Assembly: GCA_021814545.1 (NCBI GenBank)
Contig: JAKAID010000002.1
Location: 7,009 to 71,008, forward strand
DNA from: a bacterium
GTDB lineage: Bacteria; Patescibacteriota; Minisyncoccia; UBA6257; GWB1-50-10
Length of the DNA: 64,000 bases
Reading direction: 5' to 3'
This document shows positions 17,825-27,460 of the stretch, piece by piece. How positions within the stretch are numbered: position 1 is the stretch's first letter; each line of letters begins with the position of its first letter. The position numbers were made by a program, and so were the translations under genes. The notes under the pieces are model-generated. The model did not search any database. It saw only the letters and a list, made by a program, of their open reading frames with translations, and was not told where the DNA came from.

Positions 17825-18694
17825 CTACTTCGAGGGTGGGAATTGCTTCATACAGCCCCTCTGGATCTTCTCCGCCTCGTCGTCGGAAAGAGGCGCAGTC
17901 ACATCAAGCTTCAACTGCTCCCTACGCTTCATGTTGGCAACCCTCATACATCGGTAAAACGGTTCGCGATGCTGGACGTCCGAACACGCATAGAGCCCCA
18001 TAACGGGTCCGAAACGGCGCATCGTGGCCGCATCCTTGAGCCTGATGTTGGAGTGGTCGCTATAGATGAACTTCCGGAGTTGAACCTCATCGATTGCAGA
18101 AGTGTTCGGCGGGCAGTTCTTTCCAAATTTCTTCACCGCCCGCTCGACCGCGGCCGTGAGCTCCTCGGCCTTCACTTCCCACTCCGGACGCATCATGACC
18201 TTGTTCTCTGGGTCGGCAGCCTGCGCACGCGACACGAGGCACTGACAACGATCCTGCTCAGCTTTGGTCGTGTCTTTGACGCAGGTGAAGTAGAAGTTCT
18301 TCTGCTCCACCCAATCTCCCGGGACGGGCTTGCCTCGCCCATTGCAGCTCGTCATGAAGTCGCGAAGCGTTTGGCTCGGCCCAAACTGCGCGGACTGCGT
18401 GCTCCCGCCGTCGGCGCACGCCCCCGAGACCGCCACGAGGCGCTGCTTCATCTCGGCCTCGGACTGCGGAGGGCGAGGGTTCTTCTGCTCCGCCTTCTCG
18501 ACGAGGCACGCGCAGAGCTTCAGAGCCTGCTGGTTCGCGGCCTCTGTCTTGAGAGGCCCGAGCTTCATGATGAACTCGGAGGTCTTCTCGAGCTCGCAGG
18601 ACACGAGCGCCCCGCGGTGGGTATCCGCCGGCCAGGCGGCGTATGCCGGAACCGACACGACGAAAGAAGCGAGCAGCATGAAGATGAACCTCAT
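17825..18694 (-). CDS. Secreted Cys-rich hypothetical protein
   Basis: Signal peptide; two CxCLV motifs; SD AAGGAG; TTGACA-17-CACAAT promoter. Confidence 0.75.
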   Translation of the reverse strand: MRFIFMLLASFVVSVPAYAAWPADTHRGALVSCELEKTSEFIMKLGPLKTEAANQQALKLCACLVEKAEQKNPRPPQSEAEMKQRLVAVSGACADGGSTQSAQFGPSQTLRDFMTSCNGRGKPVPGDWVEQKNFYFTCVKDTTKAEQDRCQCLVSRAQAADPENKVMMRPEWEVKAEELTAAVERAVKKFGKNCPPNTSAIDEVQLRKFIYSDHSNIRLKDAATMRRFGPVMGLYACSDVQHREPFYRCMRVANMKRREQLKLDVTAPLSDDEAEKIQRGCMKQFPPSK

Positions 18695-18842
18695 AGCCGT
18701 CTCCTTTTCGAATTAAGTACTGCGCGGAACAACTGAAACAGGTTTTAAACGAGCACAGGTTATTGTGCGAAAAACAAGCATCATTGTCAACAATACGGGG
18801 ACAACATCGCAAAACAAAAAACCCCGCGCAAAACGGGGGTTG

Positions 18843-19001
18843 TTATATGCGCGGGTGAAAGCGCCGCGCAAGCGCGAGGGTGCCGCCGATGGTTTCGACA
18901 ACGGCCCCACGCGCAAGAAGGAGCGCAAACACACCAAGAAGAACTGCTGATGTTGCGATGCCAATGGCCGAATCGACTACCCTATCGACACGCGATCGCA
19001 T
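18843..19001 (-). CDS. Small membrane protein (52 aa)
   Basis: SD AAGGAGG before ATG 19001; hydrophobic core; terminator at 18811-18841. Confidence 0.5.
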   Translation of the reverse strand: MRSRVDRVVDSAIGIATSAVLLGVFALLLARGAVVETIGGTLALARRFHPRI

Positions 19002-19078
19002 TTGCTCGCCCTCCTTTCCGTGCAATTTCAAAGGACACCCTAACTATCACGCGCTCGCCACCCGTGGTCAATGCGCCG

Positions 19079-22000
19079 CTATTCCTGAAATCCTATTCGC
19101 ATATACCAGTCTGCACTCCCCACCCGATTCCATCCGCCCACGCGGCATTCGTTCGTGCATTGAACATTCGCGCCCTGCCCATACCCCTGGCCCGCATACC
19201 CGTCCGCGTATGCGTCGCCAAGCTTAATCGCGTTCGCCCACATGTTCCGCGTGTAAACAATATTATTTCCATTTGCGATGACATCGAGGGCAAACCAATA
19301 TTGCGTGCTGCTCGCCACATGGACGGGCGTATCGAACGAAAATACCCGCTCCTGCTCTCTGTCAGGATTGAAAAGTGCGGCCGTTGTCGTCTGACCGAGC
19401 AAGTTTGAAAAATCAGGCTTCCCGTTGATGTCAGGATAAACAGAAAGTCTCGCCATCGCGGGGTCGTCTGCCCTCGTCTGGGACAACTTCAAACCGACAA
19501 CATTAAACTGGAAATCCTCTTTTGGCGTGAACGACTGGAAGCTGGCGGTATCAGAACCGTCGTTACTCCAAACATTCGGCCAAAATCCGAAATTGTCGCT
19601 CCATGAGTCCGCCTCGGTTTGTGCGATAAATACGGTTGACGAGGCTGGGCGCCATTCTGCGGTACCGATAACCGAAGTATTTCCGAAATCGTCTTTCGCA
19701 CGCACGCCAATTGAGTATGCGTCATCGATGCCAACGGTCCGGGTGTAGGAAGTGCCGGAAGGAGCCCACCGTGTTTCGTTGATACCACCGAGAGGAGAAA
19801 AATTGATGTCGTAGGTGAGATTTTTATCAAGCGTATCCCGGTCAGTCGCCGCCTGCCAGCTTATTGCGAGCGCCGAGCTTTGCTTATTGAACGCAACAGT
19901 CACCGCCCCGGGCAGAACCGGCTTTGTGCGCGCCGGCCCCTCGCCGAACGAATAGTGCTTCGCATCGGTCGCCACCAAAACATATGGCGTCGGCCCGAAC
20001 AATCCTCCGGTTAATGAAGTATCATAAAACGCAACAGTCACATAATCATTCGGCGAGAGCGAGAGATCATTCGTCGAAGAAGCGAGCGGGAACATAAGGT
20101 GCTTATCCTCAAGTTCCGAATACGCAAGGTCACCGCTGCACGGCCCATAGCCAGGACACGAGTCTCCATCAGGCAAAACCACACCCTTGGCAGCACTCAT
20201 GCTCCCATAGCTCGTACGATACGCGACCGTGAGCGCACCAGGCATGTCACTGAAATTGTCAGCATTCGAACCAAGTATGTCGGTCTTATGCGCAGGCTCC
20301 GCATTCAGATAGAACACAATGAGCCGCGCAGTGGCGATGTCTCCATGCGTAGACGGCACAAATGGATATTGGTCGTAGTAAACATCAAGGAGATATGCGG
20401 AAGAACTTGCTCGCGTATCACGCGAGAAATACACATTCGAAAAATAACTCGGTGCGTCAATTTCTGCGGTGCTCGTTGCGGAGCAAAGTCCCTCTGCATC
20501 GCAGGCACGAAGACCGAATGAATACGTGCGGCCAACCTGCGGGATTCTCATTGAATAACGCGGAGTCGAAGACGAATAACGCAACGTCGACGATGCGCCA
20601 TCCGTTTCGTTCAGCTCATAGAGCACGGTTGATGTCGCCCCCTGAAAATCATTTGACGGCTGCCATTCGAATGAAAGCGAAATCGCATTCGCCAGATAGC
20701 GGGCGATACCATCGGAATTTACTGCGGCCGGAACACCCGGTGCGGACCTTGGCTCGGGGTAGTTCTTTGCATTCTGCGGATTCGCCGCAGTGCGAACCTC
20801 AAAATCGCTGCCCGCATCGGAATCGCAGCCGTGTCCCGCAAATTCGCCGTCCGTGCCGAGAAGAGCGCTTGCGCACGCCCCAGATACCCACGCCTTGCGC
20901 TCAATGCTCGCGCCCCGTTCGGGAATCTGGGCGCCGTAATCGACCGCATCAATAATCGCCGGGTCATGCGCGTCGGTTATCTTTTCCCTGCCCCCCACAA
21001 GAAATACCCTCCCTCCGCTCTCGGCCGCCGACAGCGAAAATGTTCTCTGTATCATGTCCGCCTCCCTTGCCCCGCGATATCCGTCCTCGCCATTCTTGTC
21101 CGTGCCGCGGGCGATAAGAAAGAATCCGCGTGCGGGGATTACGCTGCCATCACCCATGTTTTTCTTGGCGACGGTCGAAGTTGAAACAGATTCAGTGCCA
21201 CTCACGTATTGGATGGACCAAGAAGAAATATCGAGGAGTGAATCGGTTGGGTTATAGAGCTCAATAAATTCATCTCCCGCATCCGTTCCCTGGACCTGAA
21301 GTTCGCTAATAACCGCATGGCGCACGCCCCGCGAACCCTTTGGCGTAATAGCCACAGAAAACTCCCTCGATGAGGTTGCGCCCTCATTATCGGTCGCAAC
21401 AAGCCGCGCAGAATAAGTTGATGCGGCCGCGTACGCATGGTCTGTGATTGCCTCGGTTGAACTTGCATACGTGCCATCGCCGAAATCCCACGCGTATGAA
21501 ATAAGTGCTCCGTCTTCGTCAGTGGATGAAGCGGCGTTAAACCGCACGAGCTCCTCGATTTGCGCGTCGAAGGGCGCGTACGTCAGCACGATTGCAGGGG
21601 GAATATTTTCGCGGGATGCCTCGCCCGGCATTGGGCGCGCGGCGCGCCATGCGTCCCCGACCCACTGGAGCGAATTCCCGTTGCCCCGCGCGCCGGAACT
21701 TGAGGCATACGATACCGCACTCAGTATGTTCTCTCCGCCCGTTATAGAAAGCGCTTCGCCATCGTTCGAGAGCGAAAATGCGCTACGGAACAGCGGTCCC
21801 TTATATTGTGGCCAATCTTTTGAAAATTGCGCCGCATCCTGCGCAACAACGGCATACGCCCCCGGCGTAAGTAGGCCATCGGTTCCGCTCGCGGAAATAA
21901 GATGACTTGTTCCGCCCTCCACCAGCCTCATTTTCCCGACCGGTACTGGACTCGTTCCATCGTTACGAATTTCTACCCACTCGTGCGCATCATCCGCTCC

Positions 22001-23518
22001 CAATGGGTCATACATGAGCTCGGTGATACCTATACGCGCCCCATCCCACGAAGCATCTCTTACCGGCATAGGGGGAGACAGCACGCTTGTTCCTCCAGAG
22101 TTCGGTACTGGAAACGCGGGCGCCCCCTCCTCAACCGCAACTAATTTTGCATGTGGCGCGGGAGCCATTGGCGCGTCCGAAGTGGCAGCTACGGTAATTA
22201 TCGGAGACTCTTCTTCGTCAATAACAACGATCGCACTTTCAGTCTCTTCTTTCGGTTCTATCGACAATGCCATCGGCCGTTCTTTTGCTGGCGGATGAGG
22301 AACATCGACTTCGTTCTCCGCCATCCTCTCAGGCGATTCGGTGGGGCGCGCGAACAAATTCAACACATACCTTCCCTTTGCTGCAACATTATCGAACATT
22401 TGCGAAGCTCCCGCCTGCAATTTGAAAAGCTCGCCGTAGAGTGAAAAAACAGGCAGTCTCCCCCACGAACGGTCCGCGCCAAGGACATGCGTTGGAAATT
22501 CCTGGGCAATTTTCGCATCCTCCGATTGTTTGTAAAAAAGGTCGATGATTCCCGCGCCATGCAACACCACCTGCCGCGACAAACGAGAAAAATAAGCACT
22601 TAGAATTGGGCGGGATTCTTCCTTGTTTTTCAAAATAGGGCGCCACAAAAGCGTATTTTGATCGCCCTGTATTGCAACATCGATATAAACAAGGGGGAAT
22701 TTAACTCCTGTTTCGTCTAATCCAAAACCATACCTGCCGCTTTCGTTTACTATTTTGGGATATTCAAACTTTGAATTACTAATTGTGTCCTTCGAGAAAA
22801 AATAACGATTTGAATAATTGGCTAATGCGGTAAGATGAGCCTCGATAGTCGGCTCCGATAGCGCAGTTTTCTTCTCCGCCAAAAGCCTTCCCGTGATATT
22901 TAACTTCTTAATGCTGTCCTCGTCGTATCTTGCCGCATAAGCCTCATACGGAGACCCCTCATCGCCGACAACATCTTTCAGCGGCGCATGAGTATCGTTG
23001 CGCGTATGGTCGGGAACCGACATGTCTTCTGCGAGGTGTAATACGTGTCCAAGCGCAATAAAAGCCGCCTTTCTATCACCTTTTGCGTATGCATTCGTAG
23101 CCTTCTTCCATGTTTCGTCTCCCCCATAATAAGAATACTGACCCTGCTCAAGGTCAGCATTTGCCCAACGAACTGCGGTGAGAGGTGCTTTCTGTGACAA
23201 TCCAAACCGCGCAAAAAGCATTACCGCATAAGGAGAAACACTCCCCTCGTTCTCCCCGCTCCATGCCACGCCATGCACAGGGTCAAAAAAGTGATTAATC
23301 CACCGCGGGGGCGTATCCTCGAGCCGACTCCCCTCGACAAGCCAGCTTCGCTCCTCATCACTCAAAGAAAAGCCGGGGTGGGTCGCGTTATAGAACGAAA
23401 CAACTTCAGACGTGAGGCCGGGATGAGTGGTGGCGTCATCATAGGCAAACACAACACCGAAATTCAGGAAAAGACCTACGAGCGCGAATGTTGAAACAAT
23501 GAAAGTTTTGCGCTCCAT
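19079..23518 (-). CDS. Large secreted protein: Zn-dependent phospholipase C/P1-nuclease-like domain, two lamin-tail domains, PKD domain, FN3-like domains
   Basis: Signal peptide; TH...ED...NHFFDP...LGHVLHLAEDMSVPDH...YE; ITELMYDP...EWVEI.N; YAWDFGDG; DEFIELYNPT. Confidence 0.8.
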   Translation of the reverse strand: MERKTFIVSTFALVGLFLNFGVVFAYDDATTHPGLTSEVVSFYNATHPGFSLSDEERSWLVEGSRLEDTPPRWINHFFDPVHGVAWSGENEGSVSPYAVMLFARFGLSQKAPLTAVRWANADLEQGQYSYYGGDETWKKATNAYAKGDRKAAFIALGHVLHLAEDMSVPDHTRNDTHAPLKDVVGDEGSPYEAYAARYDEDSIKKLNITGRLLAEKKTALSEPTIEAHLTALANYSNRYFFSKDTISNSKFEYPKIVNESGRYGFGLDETGVKFPLVYIDVAIQGDQNTLLWRPILKNKEESRPILSAYFSRLSRQVVLHGAGIIDLFYKQSEDAKIAQEFPTHVLGADRSWGRLPVFSLYGELFKLQAGASQMFDNVAAKGRYVLNLFARPTESPERMAENEVDVPHPPAKERPMALSIEPKEETESAIVVIDEEESPIITVAATSDAPMAPAPHAKLVAVEEGAPAFPVPNSGGTSVLSPPMPVRDASWDGARIGITELMYDPLGADDAHEWVEIRNDGTSPVPVGKMRLVEGGTSHLISASGTDGLLTPGAYAVVAQDAAQFSKDWPQYKGPLFRSAFSLSNDGEALSITGGENILSAVSYASSSGARGNGNSLQWVGDAWRAARPMPGEASRENIPPAIVLTYAPFDAQIEELVRFNAASSTDEDGALISYAWDFGDGTYASSTEAITDHAYAAASTYSARLVATDNEGATSSREFSVAITPKGSRGVRHAVISELQVQGTDAGDEFIELYNPTDSLLDISSWSIQYVSGTESVSTSTVAKKNMGDGSVIPARGFFLIARGTDKNGEDGYRGAREADMIQRTFSLSAAESGGRVFLVGGREKITDAHDPAIIDAVDYGAQIPERGASIERKAWVSGACASALLGTDGEFAGHGCDSDAGSDFEVRTAANPQNAKNYPEPRSAPGVPAAVNSDGIARYLANAISLSFEWQPSNDFQGATSTVLYELNETDGASSTLRYSSSTPRYSMRIPQVGRTYSFGLRACDAEGLCSATSTAEIDAPSYFSNVYFSRDTRASSSAYLLDVYYDQYPFVPSTHGDIATARLIVFYLNAEPAHKTDILGSNADNFSDMPGALTVAYRTSYGSMSAAKGVVLPDGDSCPGYGPCSGDLAYSELEDKHLMFPLASSTNDLSLSPNDYVTVAFYDTSLTGGLFGPTPYVLVATDAKHYSFGEGPARTKPVLPGAVTVAFNKQSSALAISWQAATDRDTLDKNLTYDINFSPLGGINETRWAPSGTSYTRTVGIDDAYSIGVRAKDDFGNTSVIGTAEWRPASSTVFIAQTEADSWSDNFGFWPNVWSNDGSDTASFQSFTPKEDFQFNVVGLKLSQTRADDPAMARLSVYPDINGKPDFSNLLGQTTTAALFNPDREQERVFSFDTPVHVASSTQYWFALDVIANGNNIVYTRNMWANAIKLGDAYADGYAGQGYGQGANVQCTNECRVGGWNRVGSADWYMRIGFQE

Positions 23519-23530
23519 AAGACCAAATAA

Positions 23531-24046
23531 CTATAGGTCAGTTAATTTCCACACCCCGTTTGGATACAATTTCGTGTCGACATAAACAGGGTCATGAATG
23601 GCACATTCTGTTTTCTGGCCATCGCAATCCAAGTCCTTCGAGGAATTCAGCGCTTGCTTGAGAAGTAAAATTACTTCGCCGACTCTCGCATCGGTGGTTT
23701 TATCAAATCGATGCAATTCTTTCTCCTGTTTTCCACCTATAAAATACTTCGCGGCGAGTGCGTAATCACGCTTTTCGAGCGCAGCAATATAGAGCTGCAG
23801 CGTCTCTTTTGGTGTTTTCCCGCCATAAGTATCCGCCATTGCCGCCGCATAGTCTTCTTTCTCGTACTGCTTCATCGCGGCGACTATATCATCAAGCTGC
23901 GACTGGCCCACATAGCGTTCATATCGCGCAAGGCCCCAGAGGAGCGCGAAAGAAAGAACAACGATAGCAAGGAACCACGTAACGAACTTCCAATAGTGCG
24001 TGCGGCTCTTCTCTGCGGGCTCTGCTTTTATTTCTTCAGGATTCAT
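23531..24046 (-). CDS. Membrane-anchored hypothetical protein, co-transcribed with the large secreted protein
   Basis: Single TM; DTYGGKTPKETL; 12-nt gap to the next gene. Confidence 0.75.
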   Translation of the reverse strand: MNPEEIKAEPAEKSRTHYWKFVTWFLAIVVLSFALLWGLARYERYVGQSQLDDIVAAMKQYEKEDYAAAMADTYGGKTPKETLQLYIAALEKRDYALAAKYFIGGKQEKELHRFDKTTDARVGEVILLLKQALNSSKDLDCDGQKTECAIHDPVYVDTKLYPNGVWKLTDL

Positions 24047-24207
24047 ATATAAAAAGCGCCCTTATGGCGCCTGACTTTCGACAGTTATCGAGCGTTCTGC
24101 TTCATGGCTTTCAAAATCGAGATTCCGTTCCCTCACCGAACGGAATCCGATTTGCTCTAATCATAGCAAACCCCTCTCCCGCAAAACAAGACGCCCTGTG
24201 GATACCG

Positions 24208-25029
24208 CTATTCAGCGATAGAAAAGCCCTTCCTCCCTTTTACGATGAATTTTTCTGCGCACAATTCTTCGAGTACGCTCTCCACTCGCTCGCGCGGCTC
24301 TTGAAGTACGTGCGCGAGCGCGGCTCCGTTCATCGCTCCCTCTTTGAGGAGCGATTTGAGAATTGCCCCGCGCAATGCACGGCGAGAACCCTTGAATGCG
24401 GGCTGCTTCCGATAGCGCGCACTCTTCCGATTCGGATTTTTAGGAGCGATGCGTGCAAGGTGCGTGCCATAATCCATAAGCGCGTAATACCACTCGCGCG
24501 GATTCTCCGTATCGAGCGTTTTTCGCACGAGCGCCATGATTGTTTCGTCTCTTACCTTCTTCGCGCGCGGAAAAAAGAAGTGGATAAATACGCGGCGGAT
24601 ATTCGTTTCAATGAACGGGATAGGCGCGTTGAACGCGAACGCGGCAATGGACCCTGCGGTCGCCGCCCCGATGCCGGGGAGCGCGTAAAGAAGTGCGGGG
24701 TCGCGCGGGAGTGCGCCGCGATATTCGCGTACCACGACCTCTGCGGCACGCTTCAGATTAAGCGCACGCCGGTTATACCCCATTCCCTGCCAGGCGCGAA
24801 GCACCTCGGACGTCCGCGCCCGGGCGAGCGCGCGAAATGTTGGGAATTGCTTGATAAATTGAGGGTATTTTACCTCTACCCTCGAAACCTGCGTCTGCTG
24901 GAGCATGACCTCGGACACAAAAATACGGTAGGGGTCATGCACGTGCGCGGGCTTGCGCCATAAAAGCGCGTGCCGCCCATGTGTGCGATAGTGGCTCCAG
25001 ATACTACGCTTAAATTCGTTAATGCTCAT
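24208..25029 (-). CDS. mutY: A/G-specific adenine glycosylase, no Fe-S motif
   Basis: VSEVMLQQTQV.RV, WQGMGYNRRA, LPGIG, ETNIRRV. Confidence 0.9.
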   Translation of the reverse strand: MSINEFKRSIWSHYRTHGRHALLWRKPAHVHDPYRIFVSEVMLQQTQVSRVEVKYPQFIKQFPTFRALARARTSEVLRAWQGMGYNRRALNLKRAAEVVVREYRGALPRDPALLYALPGIGAATAGSIAAFAFNAPIPFIETNIRRVFIHFFFPRAKKVRDETIMALVRKTLDTENPREWYYALMDYGTHLARIAPKNPNRKSARYRKQPAFKGSRRALRGAILKSLLKEGAMNGAALAHVLQEPRERVESVLEELCAEKFIVKGRKGFSIAE

Positions 25030-25140
25030 TCCGCCGTTCATAGAACAAACGCCTATCGGACAAATCCGCAAGCTGGCGGAAGCGAGCCAAGAGTGTCGGA
25101 CGAGCCTCGCGCTTCAATTGAGAAGCGGTGCGGCATTCGC

Positions 25141-25662
25141 CTACTGAGCTGCAGGAGTAACGGTCGTAAGGAATTGCGCCATAATGGGCTCTCCCGCATC
25201 ATCCACCATCACCACGTTCACCTTCGGGTCGAAAATCCTTCCCTCGTTGGGCGAATCATCCGTATGAAGCACCGCAAAATACGTGCCCGCGTCCACGGTC
25301 GGCCTCAAGAGCGCCACCGTGCCCGTACTCTCGCCCGCGGGAAACCACTGTGCGCCAAGCACCCTTCCCGGCTGGCCGTCCGCCACCTCATGGATGGCAA
25401 CCCACCCCGCCTTCCTCAATTTCACATCTTTCACCACGACCGAGTTCCCTGGGAGCTGGTCATCAACGGTCACCGAGTTCTCTCCGGTGAGTACAAGCGG
25501 AGTCTTCGAAACGACATTGTTATCCGCGGCCTTTTCCGCAGGGACAGGCGCGAACAAGAGCCATCCGAGACCGATGCCCGCGACGAACGTGACGCACGCG
25601 ATACCGATCGCCTTTTTCCTGCTGAATGATGCCACAGACGACGTTTTCGTTTCTTGGTTCAT
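25141..25662 (-). CDS. Membrane-anchored DUF7282-like protein
   Basis: TM; V.DQ, GWVAIH...PG.VLG, AVLH.D. Confidence 0.6.
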   Translation of the reverse strand: MNQETKTSSVASFSRKKAIGIACVTFVAGIGLGWLLFAPVPAEKAADNNVVSKTPLVLTGENSVTVDDQLPGNSVVVKDVKLRKAGWVAIHEVADGQPGRVLGAQWFPAGESTGTVALLRPTVDAGTYFAVLHTDDSPNEGRIFDPKVNVVMVDDAGEPIMAQFLTTVTPAAQ

Positions 25663-25714
25663 ATTGGGGCAATTCTACCAATACAGGATGCCGCTGGCAA
25701 TTTGACGAATGCCT

Positions 25715-25966
25715 CTATTTCTTTTCCCGCACGTGCCGCCGCTCGCTGAAAACGAAGTAGTACAATATCTCAAGTACGCTGAGCAAATTGACGAGGAAAA
25801 GCACGATAAACCACACAAGGTCGTTCTTCCGCGCTGCTTTCCAGAGCGCAAGCCCCTTCCAGGCAAAAAGCCAGGTAAGCATCGCGAAGCCGAGGAACGG
25901 ATGCTGGCTTATCCACCCATTCACATCCTGCATATTCGCCGCCATCGACGTTAAGAATGTTTGCAT
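25715..25966 (-). CDS. DUF5652-family small membrane protein
   Basis: WKGLALWKAAR...WFI...VN.L..LEILY. Confidence 0.75.
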   Translation of the reverse strand: MQTFLTSMAANMQDVNGWISQHPFLGFAMLTWLFAWKGLALWKAARKNDLVWFIVLFLVNLLSVLEILYYFVFSERRHVREKK

Positions 25967-25973
25967 GAGTTCA

Positions 25974-26726
25974 TTATACCTCACTGTGGGCCGCTGCGCG
26001 CCGATACATGCAATACTCGCATGCGTCATCCGGCGCAGGAAGTTTTTCCTGCATAAGGCACTTCCGGATCTTTACAAGAGTACCTGGAAGCCACGCATCG
26101 CTCCCTTTGTACGGGATGAGCGTTACTGTAAATTCAAGTTTTTTGTCGAACGCCTTCGCATCTGCCCGGCCATTACAATACACGAAGTACCCCGTATCGC
26201 TCACCGCAAAGCCGTTCATCCTGAAAAGCCACTGGTATATTTCCATCTGCCGCTTGTAGCTCATCTCCCAGCCCGAACCCTCAAGCACTACCTCGCCCGC
26301 CTTTGAAGTGGCCTTGTAATCAACAACGATAAGCTCGCCCTTCGGATTCACCCACAGGTCATCGATGCCCCCAGTCACAAGAAGATTCGCCGGCTCGAAT
26401 ACGTGCTGAATACCGCGGCGAATCGCATCGCGCCATTCCTCCATTTTTTCATGCTTGAACGGGACCGCATCCACGCCGTAGGCATCCATGAGCGGGTGGG
26501 CGGTGCGCGCAACGCGGTGCACATCGAATTCCTTCTTGAGGAGCGCATCAACCGCGTTATTGAGCGTGAACGAAGGCGTGGGGGGGCGGTCGATGCCGAG
26601 GCGGCGGTCAAGATAGAAACAGCGCGGACAACGGATGAAATTCTCTATCTTCGACCGGCTAAGTTTGAACGGTGTTTTGCTTGCAGGGTTAAAACGATTC
26701 TGTGCGCGAGGGGCCGAATACGCCAT
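25974..26726 (-). CDS. PD-(D/E)XK nuclease family protein
   Basis: LSRSK...CPRCFY, GGIDD...VVDYK, QMEIY, C-terminal CEYC. Confidence 0.85.
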   Translation of the reverse strand: MAYSAPRAQNRFNPASKTPFKLSRSKIENFIRCPRCFYLDRRLGIDRPPTPSFTLNNAVDALLKKEFDVHRVARTAHPLMDAYGVDAVPFKHEKMEEWRDAIRRGIQHVFEPANLLVTGGIDDLWVNPKGELIVVDYKATSKAGEVVLEGSGWEMSYKRQMEIYQWLFRMNGFAVSDTGYFVYCNGRADAKAFDKKLEFTVTLIPYKGSDAWLPGTLVKIRKCLMQEKLPAPDDACEYCMYRRAAAHSEV

Positions 26727-26749
26727 GCGTTCATTGTATCACGAAAACA

Positions 26750-26792
26750 AAAGCCGCCCCTTAAATAAATAGGGGGCGGCCTTTGCTTTATT
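26750..26792. terminator. Intrinsic terminator after the RRM gene
   Basis: GCCGCCCC...GGGGCGGC flanked by A/T runs. Confidence 0.7.
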
Positions 26793-26805
26793 TATTCAGG
26801 GAGAC

Positions 26806-27099
26806 TTAAAAATCCCTCCTGCCTCCAAAACCACCGCGTGCGGGGCGGGACTCCATCGGACGCGCCTCATTTACCGTGAGGAGACGACCTCCGAAATCCT
26901 TGCCATTCCACACCTCGACGGCCTTCTGGACATCCGCATCATTCTCCATCTCGACGAAACCGAAACCGCGCGAGCGGCCCGTCATCTTGTCGATGATGAT
27001 AGATGCAGACGTTACCGGACCCACCTTCTCGAACGCGGTTTTCAATTCCGCATCGGTCGTGGCGTACGGCAAACCTCCAACATATAATCTCTTTGCCAT
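26806..27099 (-). CDS. RRM RNA-binding protein
   Basis: RNP2 LYVGGL, RNP1 RGFGFVEM, VNEARP, Gly/Arg tail. Confidence 0.92.
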   Translation of the reverse strand: MAKRLYVGGLPYATTDAELKTAFEKVGPVTSASIIIDKMTGRSRGFGFVEMENDADVQKAVEVWNGKDFGGRLLTVNEARPMESRPARGGFGGRRDF

Positions 27100-27245
27100 G
27101 TAACTGTGTTTTGCTTTGTAGGGCGACCACTCACTTGGATCCTCACACATTACGTGCAAAAGGGATTACCCCAATTGAGAAACCTACTTGCGATTAGAAT
27201 AGTACCACATGAACAGGAAATACGCAACCTGTGCATATACCCACG

Positions 27246-27449
27246 CTACCCTTCCACCTCCTTTTTGATTATTTTGAATTCATTCTCCACTGCGGCGAGG
27301 CGCTCCTTACTTGCCTTAATAAGCTTCCCCGCCTCCCTCACCTTTTGCAATGCCTCCTCGACATCCAGCTCCTCCTGCGAATCGAACCATTCCAATATCG
27401 CCGCGATTTCCTTAAGGTGCTCCCTAAATGTCTTTGTTTCTTTTGCCAT
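27246..27449 (-). CDS. xseB: Exodeoxyribonuclease VII small subunit
   Basis: Short helical protein directly downstream of xseA. Confidence 0.8.
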   Translation of the reverse strand: MAKETKTFREHLKEIAAILEWFDSQEELDVEEALQKVREAGKLIKASKERLAAVENEFKIIKKEVEG

Positions 27450-27460
27450 AAAAATGTTTG

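Noticed and set aside
11093-19050. Prophage or integron
   Set aside because: No integrase, terminase or structural genes, no flanking direct repeats seen, and the hairpins lack recognisable attC RYYYAAC/GTTRRRY ends
25030-25140. Possible ncRNA or REP-like element between the DUF7282-like gene and mutY
   Set aside because: Only weak pairing and no second copy noticed in the window
27100-27210. Long leader of the RRM gene as a novel RNA
   Set aside because: Long leaders are common for RRM/cold-shock-type genes and I found no convincing structure
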